In this document: positions 1 through 9,903 of the stretch, in pieces | How positions within the stretch are numbered: the first letter of the stretch is position 1 | Layout of the letters: each line of letters begins with the position of its first letter | Origin: a virus | Lineage: Duplodnaviria > Caudoviricetes | IMG/VR virus record: IMGVR_UViG_3300005613_003813 | Coordinates: 1 to 56,632 of that record | Length of the DNA stretch: 56,632 nt | Reading direction: 5' to 3' (one strand) | Program-made: the position numbers and the translations under genes | The notes under the pieces: model-generated | Database searches by the model: none | Told to the model about the DNA's origin: nothing | The model's input: only the letters and a program-made list of their open reading frames with translations

Positions 1-123
1 ATTTTCCATAACGCACGCTCCTCTGGCCAGGACGGTACTGGCCAAAACTTCTCCACCAACCAAGAAAAGGGATGCTTCATGCCGACTTCCTCGTTGTTTA
101 TCCAGTGCTTCGCCGCTCGGGAG
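1..123. repeat. Terminal direct repeat (circular assembly overlap), copy 1
   Basis: Bases 1-123 are identical to 56510-56632, and an ORF reads in frame across the join. Confidence 0.97.
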
Positions 124-875
124 TGGCGCGCCCTTGTGCGTCGATTAAGTTTGTAACTTCTCGGGGCAGCGTCTTCCCTCTCGTAATAGTTGCTGTTCTT
201 AAACAGGTGGGCGTAGTAGGTCTTCTTGTTGACTTTTACCTCTCCGCCACCCAACCAATACTTTGATCCTACCTCCAGCGGCTCATCAAAGAAAGAGGTG
301 TATTCCTTGTCCTTCAAGAGACCAACGTGTTCCATAAAATACTTACGATTGGCAAAGTAGCAACTCCCCTGAAAAGTCATCGTGTCGTCAATGACATATT
401 TTGGGTCTTTGAGCCGTTCGTAAGTCCTCTGTGGCCACTCACTGGGGAAAGTGCCAAACCCGTGGATGTTTCTCTTAGGGAATGAAAGATAGTGGTAGTC
501 TTTGATGTACCCCTTCTTACTTATCCGCCACTCGTCTAGGTTCAATGGGTAGCGTCGGGGTATCATCAACCAGTTCTCTTGACAATCCTCCGCCATAATT
601 CGGTCGTATCCTTTTCCAAACAAGCAATGAGAGTCCGTCTTCATTATGAAGTCGCCTTTGGCAACTTTAAGACCCTCATTGATAGCCTTCCTCATCCCTA
701 CATTCTTTTTTAGGTAGATTGGTTTGAGCCGCGTGTCTTTTTTAATTGGTAGGTTGGGTTGGTAGCCATCTAAGACAGGAATAACCTCAATTTCCCCCCC
801 GGAATTGTCCAAAAGGGAGTCTATCGTCCTGTGAAGCACGGGGTCTTTGTAACTAGGAATAACTACACTAAGCAT
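1..875 (-). CDS. GT-A glycosyltransferase, ppGalNAc-T (GT27)-like paralog 1; spans the circular junction (stop at 56506-56508; 292 aa)
   Basis: Manual translation, absent from the ORF track: MLSVVIPSYKDP...FIMKTDSHC (DxH)...FQGSCYFANRKYF...EVGSKYWLGGG...YYAHLFK...SWLVEKFWPVPSW...ALWKI*. Confidence 0.85.
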   Translation of the reverse strand, partial: MLSVVIPSYKDPVLHRTIDSLLDNSGGEIEVIPVLDGYQPNLPIKKDTRLKPIYLKKNVGMRKAINEGLKVAKGDFIMKTDSHCLFGKGYDRIMAEDCQENWLMIPRRYPLNLDEWRISKKGYIKDYHYLSFPKRNIHGFGTFPSEWPQRTYERLKDPKYVIDDTMTFQGSCYFANRKYFMEHVGLLKDKEYTSFFDEPLEVGSKYWLGGGEVKVNKKTYYAHLFKNSNYYEREDAAPRSYKLNRRTRARHSRAAKHWINNEEVGMKHPFSWLVEKFWPVPSWPEERALWK

Positions 876-881
876 TATGCG

Positions 882-1151
882 CTACCTCCAGGCCAGTATG
901 TAAAGGGTTCCACTGGTCGAATCCTGAATAGCCGAAACGCTGGTAAATTTAACTGGAAACATCAGCATCGTGTCCGCCTTCAAAAGGAAATCGCTCGCAT
1001 TCGCTGCCCTATCAAAAGCAATGTGGGCGTCCTCAGTACAATGGAGAACACAACCCAAACATTGGGTTTCAAAATCGGCCTTTTTTGAAGTCGTGCCAGT
1101 AGTTATACCTTCTTGTTCAGTTGCTAAATCCGCATTAGCGGGAACTGCCAT
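882..1151 (-). CDS. Small beta-rich virion/structural protein (89 aa)
   Basis: Start moved to MAVPANAD behind a GAGGGGGGTGG SD; lies in the head-gene operon. Confidence 0.55.
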   Translation of the reverse strand: MAVPANADLATEQEGITTGTTSKKADFETQCLGCVLHCTEDAHIAFDRAANASDFLLKADTMLMFPVKFTSVSAIQDSTSGTLYILAWR

Positions 1152-1222
1152 ACTTACCACCCCCCTCAAATTAAATACCCAGAGATAAGCACATCTAAAG
1201 GTGCTCACCTCCCGACATTCAA

Positions 1223-1588
1223 CTACTTCTCGACCGGCTCCCAGATAACGGTAACGTGGGCGTCGTCGGTGTGAATAGAACCACCGTTAAGTGGTAGACC
1301 GGGCTCACCAAAGTCGATTTCTCTAACCCAATCACAGCCCGCGGCGTGCGTTGCCTGGGTAAACTTGAAAGCTGCTTCGGTCACCGCTACGCTTCCCATA
1401 CCCGATGCGTGTCCTGGTTGCGACTGAGCATCGTGGAGAATAGTAACCGCCCCATCCGTCGGACCACCAAAGAGAATCTTCTTAACAAAAATATCCCTGT
1501 TTGCTCCGGCACCGGTGGCCTCGTCCCTACCCTCAAGATTAGTCGAGTCGGTAGCGCTATTATCTGCGTTTACATATGTAAATTTCAT
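1223..1588 (-). CDS. Putative head decoration/structural protein
   Basis: 121 aa, beta-rich composition, GGAGGTGG SD, downstream of the capsid gene. Confidence 0.5.
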   Translation of the reverse strand: MKFTYVNADNSATDSTNLEGRDEATGAGANRDIFVKKILFGGPTDGAVTILHDAQSQPGHASGMGSVAVTEAAFKFTQATHAAGCDWVREIDFGEPGLPLNGGSIHTDDAHVTVIWEPVEK

Positions 1589-2262
1589 AATTTTTCCACC
1601 TCCCTTCGAGAATTCAAACCTTCCGTTTGGTAGTTATCAACACAACTATTTTCAACTACCTCATAAAAACCGATATTATCCTCCCTACGAATCTTATCCA
1701 TCGCCGGTATCCTTAAATGGGTACAGGTAACTCCTTCAAGAACGGCCTTACCAACACCGGCGTCACCACACTTGAGTCCAAACCAAATGTCGTGGCCCCC
1801 ATATTTGTACGGCGTGTCAATCACATTTAGGTCCAAATCTAGGCTCTTTTCCGTATAAAACCACGGTTTTTCTATCTTTTCAAAAACCCCGCGCGCTATT
1901 AAAGTACACCCCATCCCGCCCCAAAGGATTTGATCCCCGATCCTCTTAACACAGGACCAGTTCTCTTGCCCAACCGGATAGTCAACGTAAACTACTTCTT
2001 TTTTGAGCGCCAGAGCTTCCTTGAGCGCCTCATCGGGAACGACCACATCTTCTTCAACGAACCAGAGATGAGTAACCTTAGGGTCTTTAAGCCCCTCTTT
2101 GGCAAGGAAGTTGAATGCTTCTGGGATGCCTCGATTATGAGAGTAAAAGGTTTCATAATTAAATCCTTCCAAATTCCGCCCAACGGACTCCATCGTCCGC
2201 GAGTGAATTAATCCGCGAGACGGGATCAAAACCGCAATCTTAACCTTCTCTTTCAAGCCCAT
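1585..2262 (-). CDS. GT-A (GT2-like) glycosyltransferase
   Basis: IAVLIPSRG N-terminal strand, LWFVEEDV (DxD-like), GGMGCTLIxRxVFEK, GGHDIWFG; start refined to MGLKEK. Confidence 0.8.
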   Translation of the reverse strand: MGLKEKVKIAVLIPSRGLIHSRTMESVGRNLEGFNYETFYSHNRGIPEAFNFLAKEGLKDPKVTHLWFVEEDVVVPDEALKEALALKKEVVYVDYPVGQENWSCVKRIGDQILWGGMGCTLIARGVFEKIEKPWFYTEKSLDLDLNVIDTPYKYGGHDIWFGLKCGDAGVGKAVLEGVTCTHLRIPAMDKIRREDNIGFYEVVENSCVDNYQTEGLNSRREVEKL

Positions 2263-2410
2263 ACTTTCTGGCCTCCTCCTGTCTCCGGCGACGCTGATCA
2301 AGAATCTTTACCCCCTGTCGCCCGGAAATGATTGTCCCATCGGGCATCCGTACCCGACTTTCGACCTCCCTCCGACGATCTCTTACTGACATATTCTTTC
2401 GCTTAATCAT
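2240..2410 (-). CDS. Small basic hypothetical protein
   Basis: MIKRKN... Arg-rich ORF immediately after the capsid gene. Confidence 0.4.
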   Translation of the reverse strand: MIKRKNMSVRDRRREVESRVRMPDGTIISGRQGVKILDQRRRRQEEARKYGLEREG

Positions 2411-2490
2411 TTTCCTAGGAGGGGATGTTAGGGACATCCCCAAAAACCCACCCCGCTGAGTTATAGAGCCGGGGTCACACTCCGAAAACC

Positions 2491-3363
2491 TTACGAGCGC
2501 ATCTCGACCCCCCAAGTTGTCCGCATAGCGGCAACACCATAGAGGATGTCACTAACCGTCAACCAACCAAGGTATTCCAGCTTGTACTCGGCTTGAGTAC
2601 GAGGCTTCTGTTGCATCGCCAAAGCGAATGCTTCCTTGTGGAAGACTAGGTTGTGAACCTGAGTTGGTGTTCCAGCCGTTGTTGGAACCTGGTTAGTCCA
2701 GTAGACCGGAATACCATAGATGTCACCCCACAGACGCTGACTTGCCGGACCTGTTTGAGAAGGCATCTTCTTTTGAGCCTCACCCAAATAGTCTGCACGA
2801 ACGAACTTGTCGATCTTAGCAATCGCCGTCTTTTGAGAAGGAGCAATAATGATTGCTCGGTTCTCCATCGGTACGTCAACCTCATCTAACGTTTGGATAG
2901 CCGACAGGATAACGGCATCAGTGATGTCGCTACCGTAGGTACCAACATCAGTTGAAGTTAACGACGAATAGAGCGCCAAAACATCACTATCGACCTTCTG
3001 GGCAATCGCGTAACCGGCCTTTTCTGTATACTCGTGCATCAAGTCGTACTGAGATTGAGTTTTAACAATATCCTCAACCAAGAACGAGACTTCCTCGTGC
3101 GTATCAATGGAAATTGTTTGTTCGCCCTCAGTAACCGTTTGTAGAGTAACCGCAGTGCTGGCCGATTTAGAGTTGGTCGTCAAGTTGCTGATCTCCGGTA
3201 CGTGGATAGTGTCTCCCTTTTTGGAAACATCAGCATCGTAGCGCTTAACAAGATTAGCGGCAACGAGCTGGCTCTCCGCCTCACGGATAATCTCGCGCGA
3301 CCAAATCTCCGGAATAAAGACAGCACCGGTCGTAGTCGTCATATGATCTGTTCCTAGAGCCAT
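2491..3363 (-). CDS. Major capsid protein (HK97 fold, P22-coat/N4-gp56-like)
   Basis: FIPEIWS, GDTIHVP, GxIYGIPVY, FHKEAFALA, DILYGV motifs; follows portal and scaffold. Confidence 0.9.
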   Translation of the reverse strand: MALGTDHMTTTTGAVFIPEIWSREIIREAESQLVAANLVKRYDADVSKKGDTIHVPEISNLTTNSKSASTAVTLQTVTEGEQTISIDTHEEVSFLVEDIVKTQSQYDLMHEYTEKAGYAIAQKVDSDVLALYSSLTSTDVGTYGSDITDAVILSAIQTLDEVDVPMENRAIIIAPSQKTAIAKIDKFVRADYLGEAQKKMPSQTGPASQRLWGDIYGIPVYWTNQVPTTAGTPTQVHNLVFHKEAFALAMQQKPRTQAEYKLEYLGWLTVSDILYGVAAMRTTWGVEMRS

Positions 3364-3417
3364 TTTTATACACCCCCCTTCGAGAGAAGTTCAAAACACC
3401 AAGACCGCAACCCTCTA

Positions 3418-4143
3418 TTAGAGAGCCTGCATCCTAAGTGCTTCCATAATCTCCGGACGGCGGCGCTCGTATTCTCGAGGAGACATCTTCTCAATATCTC
3501 CCTTAGACAACGGCGGTTTCCGCTCTCCAGGAGGCGCAGACTTCTCCGAATAAGGAGTTGCCGGTTTGGAGGTAAGGGCCTGTTTAACGTGCCATTCCCT
3601 CAATTCATCCTCAAAAAGGTCATTGTAGGCGGCGCGGGGATTAAAAATCCCTGCACGAACTGCATGGTCTTGAATAACCTTCCGATCAAATTTCGGACGG
3701 CCATCTTCACCATCAATTTCCCGCTCCAAGCGATCATACTCCACATTTAGACTTTGACGATCCTGTTGCTTAGCAAGCTCCTCTTTCGTAACAAAGCCCA
3801 AATTGCGAAGTTGCTCGGTAACTTGCCTTCCCTCTGGAGTGCTGTCAAGAGGCGGTGGAGGAGTTGCTGGCGAAGGTGTTTTCACCCCACCCCGCAACTT
3901 CTCAGCCTCCTTACGAGCTTCATCACGCTCACCAATAAGCTGACGAATCCGTTTGGAAGACCTAGTTTCCTTTTCAGGTGCTTGAGGTCCAGGTTGCCCT
4001 GCCTCCTTAGGTTCTCCAGCCCCAGCCTGTGACGTCGGCTCAGACGGTGTAATGGGCGCTGAATCCCCAGATTCAATTGTGGGAGTTGACGAATCTCCTC
4101 CGACGGAACCCGTCGGATTTACGTCAGTAGCTATTTCAGCCAT
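3418..4143 (-). CDS. Scaffolding protein
   Basis: Low-complexity N-terminus, KRIRQL coiled coil, C-terminal IEKMSPREY..RRPEI motif; directly upstream of the capsid gene. Confidence 0.75.
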   Translation of the reverse strand: MAEIATDVNPTGSVGGDSSTPTIESGDSAPITPSEPTSQAGAGEPKEAGQPGPQAPEKETRSSKRIRQLIGERDEARKEAEKLRGGVKTPSPATPPPPLDSTPEGRQVTEQLRNLGFVTKEELAKQQDRQSLNVEYDRLEREIDGEDGRPKFDRKVIQDHAVRAGIFNPRAAYNDLFEDELREWHVKQALTSKPATPYSEKSAPPGERKPPLSKGDIEKMSPREYERRRPEIMEALRMQAL

Positions 4144-4310
4144 TCCTATCACCCCCCTTCTACGACCGTAACGTGGTTCGACACGGTAAAAGAAGGTAAC
4201 GAAAAGGCCCCCTTTAGGAGCCTTATCTGGCGGCGGGGAAAGAAGACGATCAAAACCCGCCGCCAGAGAAACCTCCTAGCAGTTGCTATCTTTTCATCTT
4301 TTTAATGTCC

Positions 4311-4514
4311 TTACCGGTACGACTTTTTCTTTTTGGTAACAACCTTTACCTTACGTCCCCCAATCCGATGTTTCCGACGTTGAAAGCAGCCCATTACAGC
4401 GGCGTAGAACCTGCTCCCCGTCTTACCCCACTTAGGATGAGACTTAGCTACCGATTTTCTGCACTCCGCCCACCGCTTCTCGTCTTTAGCGGTCTTAACT
4501 ACTGAAATAGGCAT
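4311..4514 (-). CDS. Small basic hypothetical protein
   Basis: 67-aa Lys/Arg-rich ORF between portal and scaffold. Confidence 0.5.
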   Translation of the reverse strand: MPISVVKTAKDEKRWAECRKSVAKSHPKWGKTGSRFYAAVMGCFQRRKHRIGGRKVKVVTKKKKSYR

Positions 4515-4640
4515 AACTCACCTTCTCCTCTTACCCCCTCTCTTTTTGGGAAAGCTCTTCAACGTTCCGTGCAACCGTTTGTGTCGCTTCCTCCTTTCCG
4601 CGTTACTCCGTGGTTTTCCCCTAGGCATAGATCACCCCCC

Positions 4641-6749
4641 CTACATTACAGGCATGGGTGCCCCCGAAGGGGCCCCTACCCCACCACCAGTCATCATCGC
4701 CTCGTGCTCAAGAATGTGTGATTGGGCCTGGGGAACCTGGCCAACAATCTCTTGGTGGATCGAAATATGTACTTGGTGGTCGTCCATCGGATCCACCTTG
4801 ACCAAATCCATCCGTCCGGTCATCATCGCCTCATTTTCGGCAGCAGCTAAAAGCTCTTGCTCCCCCATCGGACCCCCGGCTCCTGATCCCCCCATCGGTG
4901 CAGCCCCCGCCCCAGGTCCCACCTGTCCGCCAGGCATCGACGCCGGTGGCGGAGCTGGCGCTGGAGCCACTTGGGCCATTGGCCCCTGTTCCTTACCCGT
5001 CACACCAGCTGTAATTGGCCCGACCCCCAGCTTCTTTTCCTCGCGGGTCCGCTGAATAATACTGGCAATGTCTCCAAATTCAAGATGCTCCAAAAGTGTT
5101 TCTTGGTCAATGGCCCCCTTCTCATAAAGAGCCTCCAGGCGCTCCTGCTTAGCCCCCAAGGTCTGATTGAGCCAAGAACCGATTGTCACCCTAACCTCAT
5201 TATCCTTTCCAATAACAGCCACCTTCAACTTGCCACCACCCTGTTCCAAAAGCCTCTCCCCGTCTTCATTAACATCGGGCTTACTGGGAGCGTTTTCCCC
5301 CAAAGCCAAAAAGTATTCTGGGCTCCCCTCTCGACCAACAATCCTCACCAATCGCGAGGAGATATAGTTTTCGGCAATTAAATTGAGAACCCGCTCGCCA
5401 GCCCGAACCATAAAATCTTCGAGGTTATCAACTAAGTCAGCTTGATTAACGGCGTCGTTCTGCCGGAGCTGGGCAATTCCCACCCCCGAACGGACCCCGG
5501 TCGGAACCCGACCCAAACTGACATCGTGAGCTCCGCCCAAATCTTCGATATAACGGAGGAAGTTAGCAATCTGCGTAAACGGGGTTTGCGGCAGAGGTGA
5601 AATCGCCAACGAAGTTACCTCCGCCCCACGGTTCTTTTCGATAATTTGGCCGTGGACGTTGGCAACCATTCTCACCCCACTATTCTTATCAATAACGTAG
5701 CGGCCCTTAGCAAAAATATGGTTATACTCAAAAACGCTGCCCTCCAGAGCATTGACCACTCGGTTCAGAGCAATCACGTGGCGGGCCCATCCCTCGCCGT
5801 AAATCTCCAGGGGGTTAATATCGGCGGAGTAGATCAAGAAAGGAAACTCAGTAGTCTCGACCACCTCATCACGGATCAGGGCCAAAGAATCCTGAGTAAA
5901 GGCCACAACCCGCATCTTGACCCCGCCCTCATCGTCCCGCTCCTTCTTCCAAAGTTCGTAGAGAACGGTCATCTCGTCGCCACCCTCCGGGGCCCGTTCC
6001 CAACTCTTCAGGGCCTGCATCAAAAAGGCCTTGTACTCCGAAGCGGCCAATTCACTAGAGTGTCCCAACTCGTCAGTATTTTTGTAATTGGGGTTGGCCT
6101 TGATCTCGGATACCGGCCGACGGACAGCCTTAATCACATACTCGGCGTCCTCCAAGCTAGTAGCATTAGGATCGACAAAGAAGTCAAAGGGATCAATAAC
6201 ACTAATAAAAACCTCGCCCGGTACTTCGTCCTCTCCGTTAGAGGCTAGGTCATCCCAACCGATCTGCCAAATGCCGATGGAAAACTTCAAACCGTGAATG
6301 ACCACCTCCTTAATCTTCCGCCGCAACCCCAGCTTGCGGTAGAGATAGTCAAGTAACTTGCCACTACATTTAGCATTCCAAAGACTTTCCTTGTCGACCC
6401 GCCGCGGCAATACCTCCCACTTGGGTTGGAAACCAGTTACCTGATTCTTGACCGAACGCATTTGGGCTAAAGCTAGATTAATTGGAATTCGGACCTTAGT
6501 CCTCGAAGACAGAATAAAAGTATTGCTGGTTTGATTGTAGCGCGCAAACTGGTAGCCACGGAGAAATAAGTCCCTCGTCAGCCATTCCCAGTCATATTTC
6601 TTCCTTGCTAACTTAGCAGTTTGAAACAGCCGTTGGTAATAATCCAACGTCGCCGCCTCTTTAACTTTAAGCTGATTTACGGCGAACGACTGATCGATCT
6701 TTTCCTTTTTTCTTTTCTTTTTAACCTTTGTAACCTTGACCTTAGCCAT
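4641..6749 (-). CDS. Portal protein
   Basis: 702 aa; VIDPFDFFVDPNA, SGVGIAQL and C-terminal DDHQVHI..H motifs; sits between TerL and scaffold. Confidence 0.88.
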   Translation of the reverse strand: MAKVKVTKVKKKRKKEKIDQSFAVNQLKVKEAATLDYYQRLFQTAKLARKKYDWEWLTRDLFLRGYQFARYNQTSNTFILSSRTKVRIPINLALAQMRSVKNQVTGFQPKWEVLPRRVDKESLWNAKCSGKLLDYLYRKLGLRRKIKEVVIHGLKFSIGIWQIGWDDLASNGEDEVPGEVFISVIDPFDFFVDPNATSLEDAEYVIKAVRRPVSEIKANPNYKNTDELGHSSELAASEYKAFLMQALKSWERAPEGGDEMTVLYELWKKERDDEGGVKMRVVAFTQDSLALIRDEVVETTEFPFLIYSADINPLEIYGEGWARHVIALNRVVNALEGSVFEYNHIFAKGRYVIDKNSGVRMVANVHGQIIEKNRGAEVTSLAISPLPQTPFTQIANFLRYIEDLGGAHDVSLGRVPTGVRSGVGIAQLRQNDAVNQADLVDNLEDFMVRAGERVLNLIAENYISSRLVRIVGREGSPEYFLALGENAPSKPDVNEDGERLLEQGGGKLKVAVIGKDNEVRVTIGSWLNQTLGAKQERLEALYEKGAIDQETLLEHLEFGDIASIIQRTREEKKLGVGPITAGVTGKEQGPMAQVAPAPAPPPASMPGGQVGPGAGAAPMGGSGAGGPMGEQELLAAAENEAMMTGRMDLVKVDPMDDHQVHISIHQEIVGQVPQAQSHILEHEAMMTGGGVGAPSGAPMPVM

Positions 6750-7063
6750 TATGTGCCCCCCTTCACCTCACCCTTTTCCGGAACCCCCTCCTCTACCGCA
6801 ATATTGTAATCCTTTGGAAGATCAAAATTGGACATATCCTGGAGATCGAGCTCATTGGGGTCCTCCTTAGCAATCTGGTTCATTATCTGAGGCTCGCCCA
6901 ACTCACTCACCTTCGGGGCCGCCGAAACAACTACCCCACCGCCGAAGATCTGGTTGATCTTACCAACCAACTTTTCCTGCCGCTCAAGAGAACGGCGCCA
7001 TTGGATATAGTCACGAACTAGAATAAACCCCAAAAACAGTAAGATGTACGCCTCGGTAGCCAT
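6749..7063 (-). CDS. Small membrane-anchored protein
   Basis: N-terminal hydrophobic helix (YILLFLGFILV) followed by an acidic tail; start refined. Confidence 0.5.
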   Translation of the reverse strand: MATEAYILLFLGFILVRDYIQWRRSLERQEKLVGKINQIFGGGVVVSAAPKVSELGEPQIMNQIAKEDPNELDLQDMSNFDLPKDYNIAVEEGVPEKGEVKGGT

Positions 7064-7141
7064 AGCAACAAAAAAGGAACCGCTCTCGCGGTCCCTATGG
7101 TAGTCCTTCAGGACACTCAAAAACCAGACTAGCACATAATT

Positions 7142-7351
7142 TTAAGCCTTGTCAAGGTGCTTTTTCCAAACGGTTCCACTACTGGTACTGGTGTCACTAG
7201 TCGTTTTAAAAAGGTGCTTCCACTTTCGCATCTGCATCGTCGCCCTAACCTCCCCGTGTCCAGTAGTATCCCGCACATCCGACCAAGCCTGCCAGAACTT
7301 GATTAGCAGCTCCTCCTCCTTTTCAGAAAGTTTACCTAACTCTTCAAACAT
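7142..7351 (-). CDS. Hypothetical protein
   Basis: MFEELGK... start overlaps the TerL stop. Confidence 0.45.
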   Translation of the reverse strand: MFEELGKLSEKEEELLIKFWQAWSDVRDTTGHGEVRATMQMRKWKHLFKTTSDTSTSSGTVWKKHLDKA

Positions 7352-9785
7352 CCAAATCTCCGAAAATAGGGTCGTTCGACTCCCCATATCCGCCCTCAAT
7401 AATCAAATTGGAATGCTTGCGCTCAAATTCAGAGATCATTGCGTCATCTACATCCCCACTCAAAAGCAGATCCGGCTGCTCCATCATCATATAGCGCATA
7501 ACGTCCATCGCGTGGTTATTCTTATCGATCGGCTCCTCCTTCAAGTCTAGCCCAGGCATCCCCCCCTTGGGCTGTTTCCATTCATATCTTTCAATTTCCC
7601 AAATCGTCTTTTCACAGCTCGAAAAAATCTTGAGCTTGTTCTTGGCTAGGTACTGGGCCACCCTGCTAATCCCCAGAGTGATATTAGTAGTACCCTTATA
7701 GCAAGAAATATCAAAATTGTTAAGCTCGTTAATCGTATCCGGACGGGAGGGGTCGCAAGGCCCAGCCTCTAGAACCTCGTTCTTAGAAAGCGTCTTAAAA
7801 TCGGCAATAACATCCATCAACCTCCGCTGGGTTCGGTAGTACTCCCGATAAATGTAGACCACCCCGTCCTCCGGATTAACCGCCCCCCACAGAATACAAA
7901 AAGGATCAATGTAGCCAGGGTCAAAGGCCGGCATCCGTTTCCAATTCTTAGGAATCTCAAACGGTGCAACAATATGGCTTGTCCGGTCAAATTCCTTGTA
8001 AATCAGACCGGAGAACCTTCGAAAGTCCGCCTCGTATTCCTGATAATAGACGTCAGCAAAAGAACCGTCGGGTTGCTTATAGAACTTCTGAATCTTCCGC
8101 ATCTCCGACCGCGGAAAAAAGGGATTTTCCCAGGTCGGCAACTTCCAAGACTTCCAATAAGAATCCCGCTTTGGTCCCGGTTGGCCCAAAAGATAGGAAT
8201 CATAGAAATGATTAAACCCCGCCGGCGTTCCCGTAAAAAGCGCCCTACCCTCAGTGATCCTCAAAGCGGGCTCAATAATCATTGGCCAAATGTGAGACTT
8301 CATATAGGCATACTCGTCCAGGACCGCCAAGTGGATATTAGGAATACCTCGTAAAGAGTCCTCGTCCTCCGTTCCTTTTAAGGAAATAAACGAGTCCTTA
8401 CGAGGATCGGAGTTCCGCCCCAGCCGCCTTTTAAGTTGAATGGTCAACTCAACCTCATTCTTCCTCCGAATTAACTCTGGAGGCAGAAACTGAACCAGCA
8501 TCTGCCACGCAATCATCTTCGCCTGTTTGTAGGTTGGGGCCAGATACCAAACCACTGCGTTATCTCTACTCAAGGCAGTGAAGATACACTCAATAACCGC
8601 CATTGTAGTATTGTGGGTAGCCACCAATCCCCTACCAGCAAGAAAAAGACGAGAGGGGCTATCAACCTCGATACATTTCACTGGAACACTATCAACAAGC
8701 TCAATCCTCTTAATCGACCGCCGATCGGTCTTCGTCCTACTTTTGTGGGCAACCCGCTTCCTTTTAATTCTGGCAACCTCTCTAGTAGCCGCAAAATGGA
8801 TTCTAAACCGCGCCCCACAATCCCTACCATATAGCCTGCTCCTAGACTCATTCATTGTCGGCCTAAAGCCCAACGACCTTATCAGTTCGAAAGCGCCCTC
8901 AGCTAGGGGTCGTTTGGTACTACAAAATTCAGCATAACCAAGTTCGTTAATATGCCCATCACTATCAATTAAACCCATTAGAAGTTCCATCCTCTGGGAA
9001 ACATCCGCAGTAAGGTACATACTAGGAATATGCTTATTGTTCAAGACATTAATATCTCTTAATTCCTTCTGTAGGGAGAACTCATCAGAGTTGCCACCAC
9101 TGCCCCCGCCCCTAGTTATTGAAAAACGGGGCGCTCTGTCATCTTGCTCAGTCTTAGTAACCTGCAAACCTAACCTCTCCGCGTACTTATGGATATAACC
9201 AACAACCTCTCTATCTACAGCAGTAACGCCCACATCACCAGAGTTCCCATCCCCCAACCAAATACCCAGAAAGTACGGCTCGACCGGCAAATCCTTCGAT
9301 GGAAACTCTAGTGGTGGCGCGCAAGGGATAGAGTAGTTTCGTTCAAATCGGCCATCAGACCTTTTAATCAGATAGCTCGTGAACATTTCCCTTGTAGTCA
9401 ATGTTTGTGGCCTAACCTTTGTATTGGGATTCCTGGCAATGTTCTTACGATAGGACTTAGTTTCCACAACCCAATCGTGGTCTGCGTCAGCAACAATCTG
9501 CTCCCCATCCGAAAATGTAATCCGGTAGCACTCTCGATCATAATAGGTTGGACTGACATAAGTAACCTTTGTTTGTTTGCCAAGATCATCAAAAACGACA
9601 TCGCCAACACTAATCCCGTCCAACCAGCGATTTCCCCCTAAGGGCTTAAACCCAGTATTGGTTAGAATAGGCGTATCAATACTCAAGGCTTTACCAAACT
9701 TCCTTCCACAAACGAGGACACGAAAACGGCTAGGATCGTTATGTATTTCCTCTTGAAGAGGATGAGGATGATAATCAATAACCAT
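7344..9785 (-). CDS. terL: Terminase large subunit containing an intein
   Basis: PHPLQ, Walker A GRKFGK|T, YLAPTYKQA, Walker B AVLDEYA, TGTPAG, nuclease FDPG and DKNNHAMD. Confidence 0.95.
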   Translation of the reverse strand: MVIDYHPHPLQEEIHNDPSRFRVLVCGRKFGKALSIDTPILTNTGFKPLGGNRWLDGISVGDVVFDDLGKQTKVTYVSPTYYDRECYRITFSDGEQIVADADHDWVVETKSYRKNIARNPNTKVRPQTLTTREMFTSYLIKRSDGRFERNYSIPCAPPLEFPSKDLPVEPYFLGIWLGDGNSGDVGVTAVDREVVGYIHKYAERLGLQVTKTEQDDRAPRFSITRGGGSGGNSDEFSLQKELRDINVLNNKHIPSMYLTADVSQRMELLMGLIDSDGHINELGYAEFCSTKRPLAEGAFELIRSLGFRPTMNESRSRLYGRDCGARFRIHFAATREVARIKRKRVAHKSRTKTDRRSIKRIELVDSVPVKCIEVDSPSRLFLAGRGLVATHNTTMAVIECIFTALSRDNAVVWYLAPTYKQAKMIAWQMLVQFLPPELIRRKNEVELTIQLKRRLGRNSDPRKDSFISLKGTEDEDSLRGIPNIHLAVLDEYAYMKSHIWPMIIEPALRITEGRALFTGTPAGFNHFYDSYLLGQPGPKRDSYWKSWKLPTWENPFFPRSEMRKIQKFYKQPDGSFADVYYQEYEADFRRFSGLIYKEFDRTSHIVAPFEIPKNWKRMPAFDPGYIDPFCILWGAVNPEDGVVYIYREYYRTQRRLMDVIADFKTLSKNEVLEAGPCDPSRPDTINELNNFDISCYKGTTNITLGISRVAQYLAKNKLKIFSSCEKTIWEIERYEWKQPKGGMPGLDLKEEPIDKNNHAMDVMRYMMMEQPDLLLSGDVDDAMISEFERKHSNLIIEGGYGESNDPIFGDLDV
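8610..9689 (-). mobile_element. Class 3 (Ala1, W-C-T) intein with LAGLIDADG endonuclease, 360 aa, inserted in TerL Walker A
   Basis: Starts ALSIDT and ends THN before Thr+1; block B HDW, block F VKCI; LGIWLGDG and GLIDSDG motifs. Confidence 0.92.
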
Positions 9786-9903
9786 CTCAATACGGGGCTC
9801 TATCTTTTAGCCACTAAGCAAAAAGCTAACTAGAAACCAGCCCCAGCTCCATTCCACCGACTCCGAGACTAAAGCCAGTAAAATATAAAACAGTATTGCC
9901 ATC

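Noticed and set aside
1-123. Biological terminal repeat of the packaged DNA
   Set aside because: It falls in the middle of a gene, which is more simply explained as assembler overlap on a circular or permuted genome.
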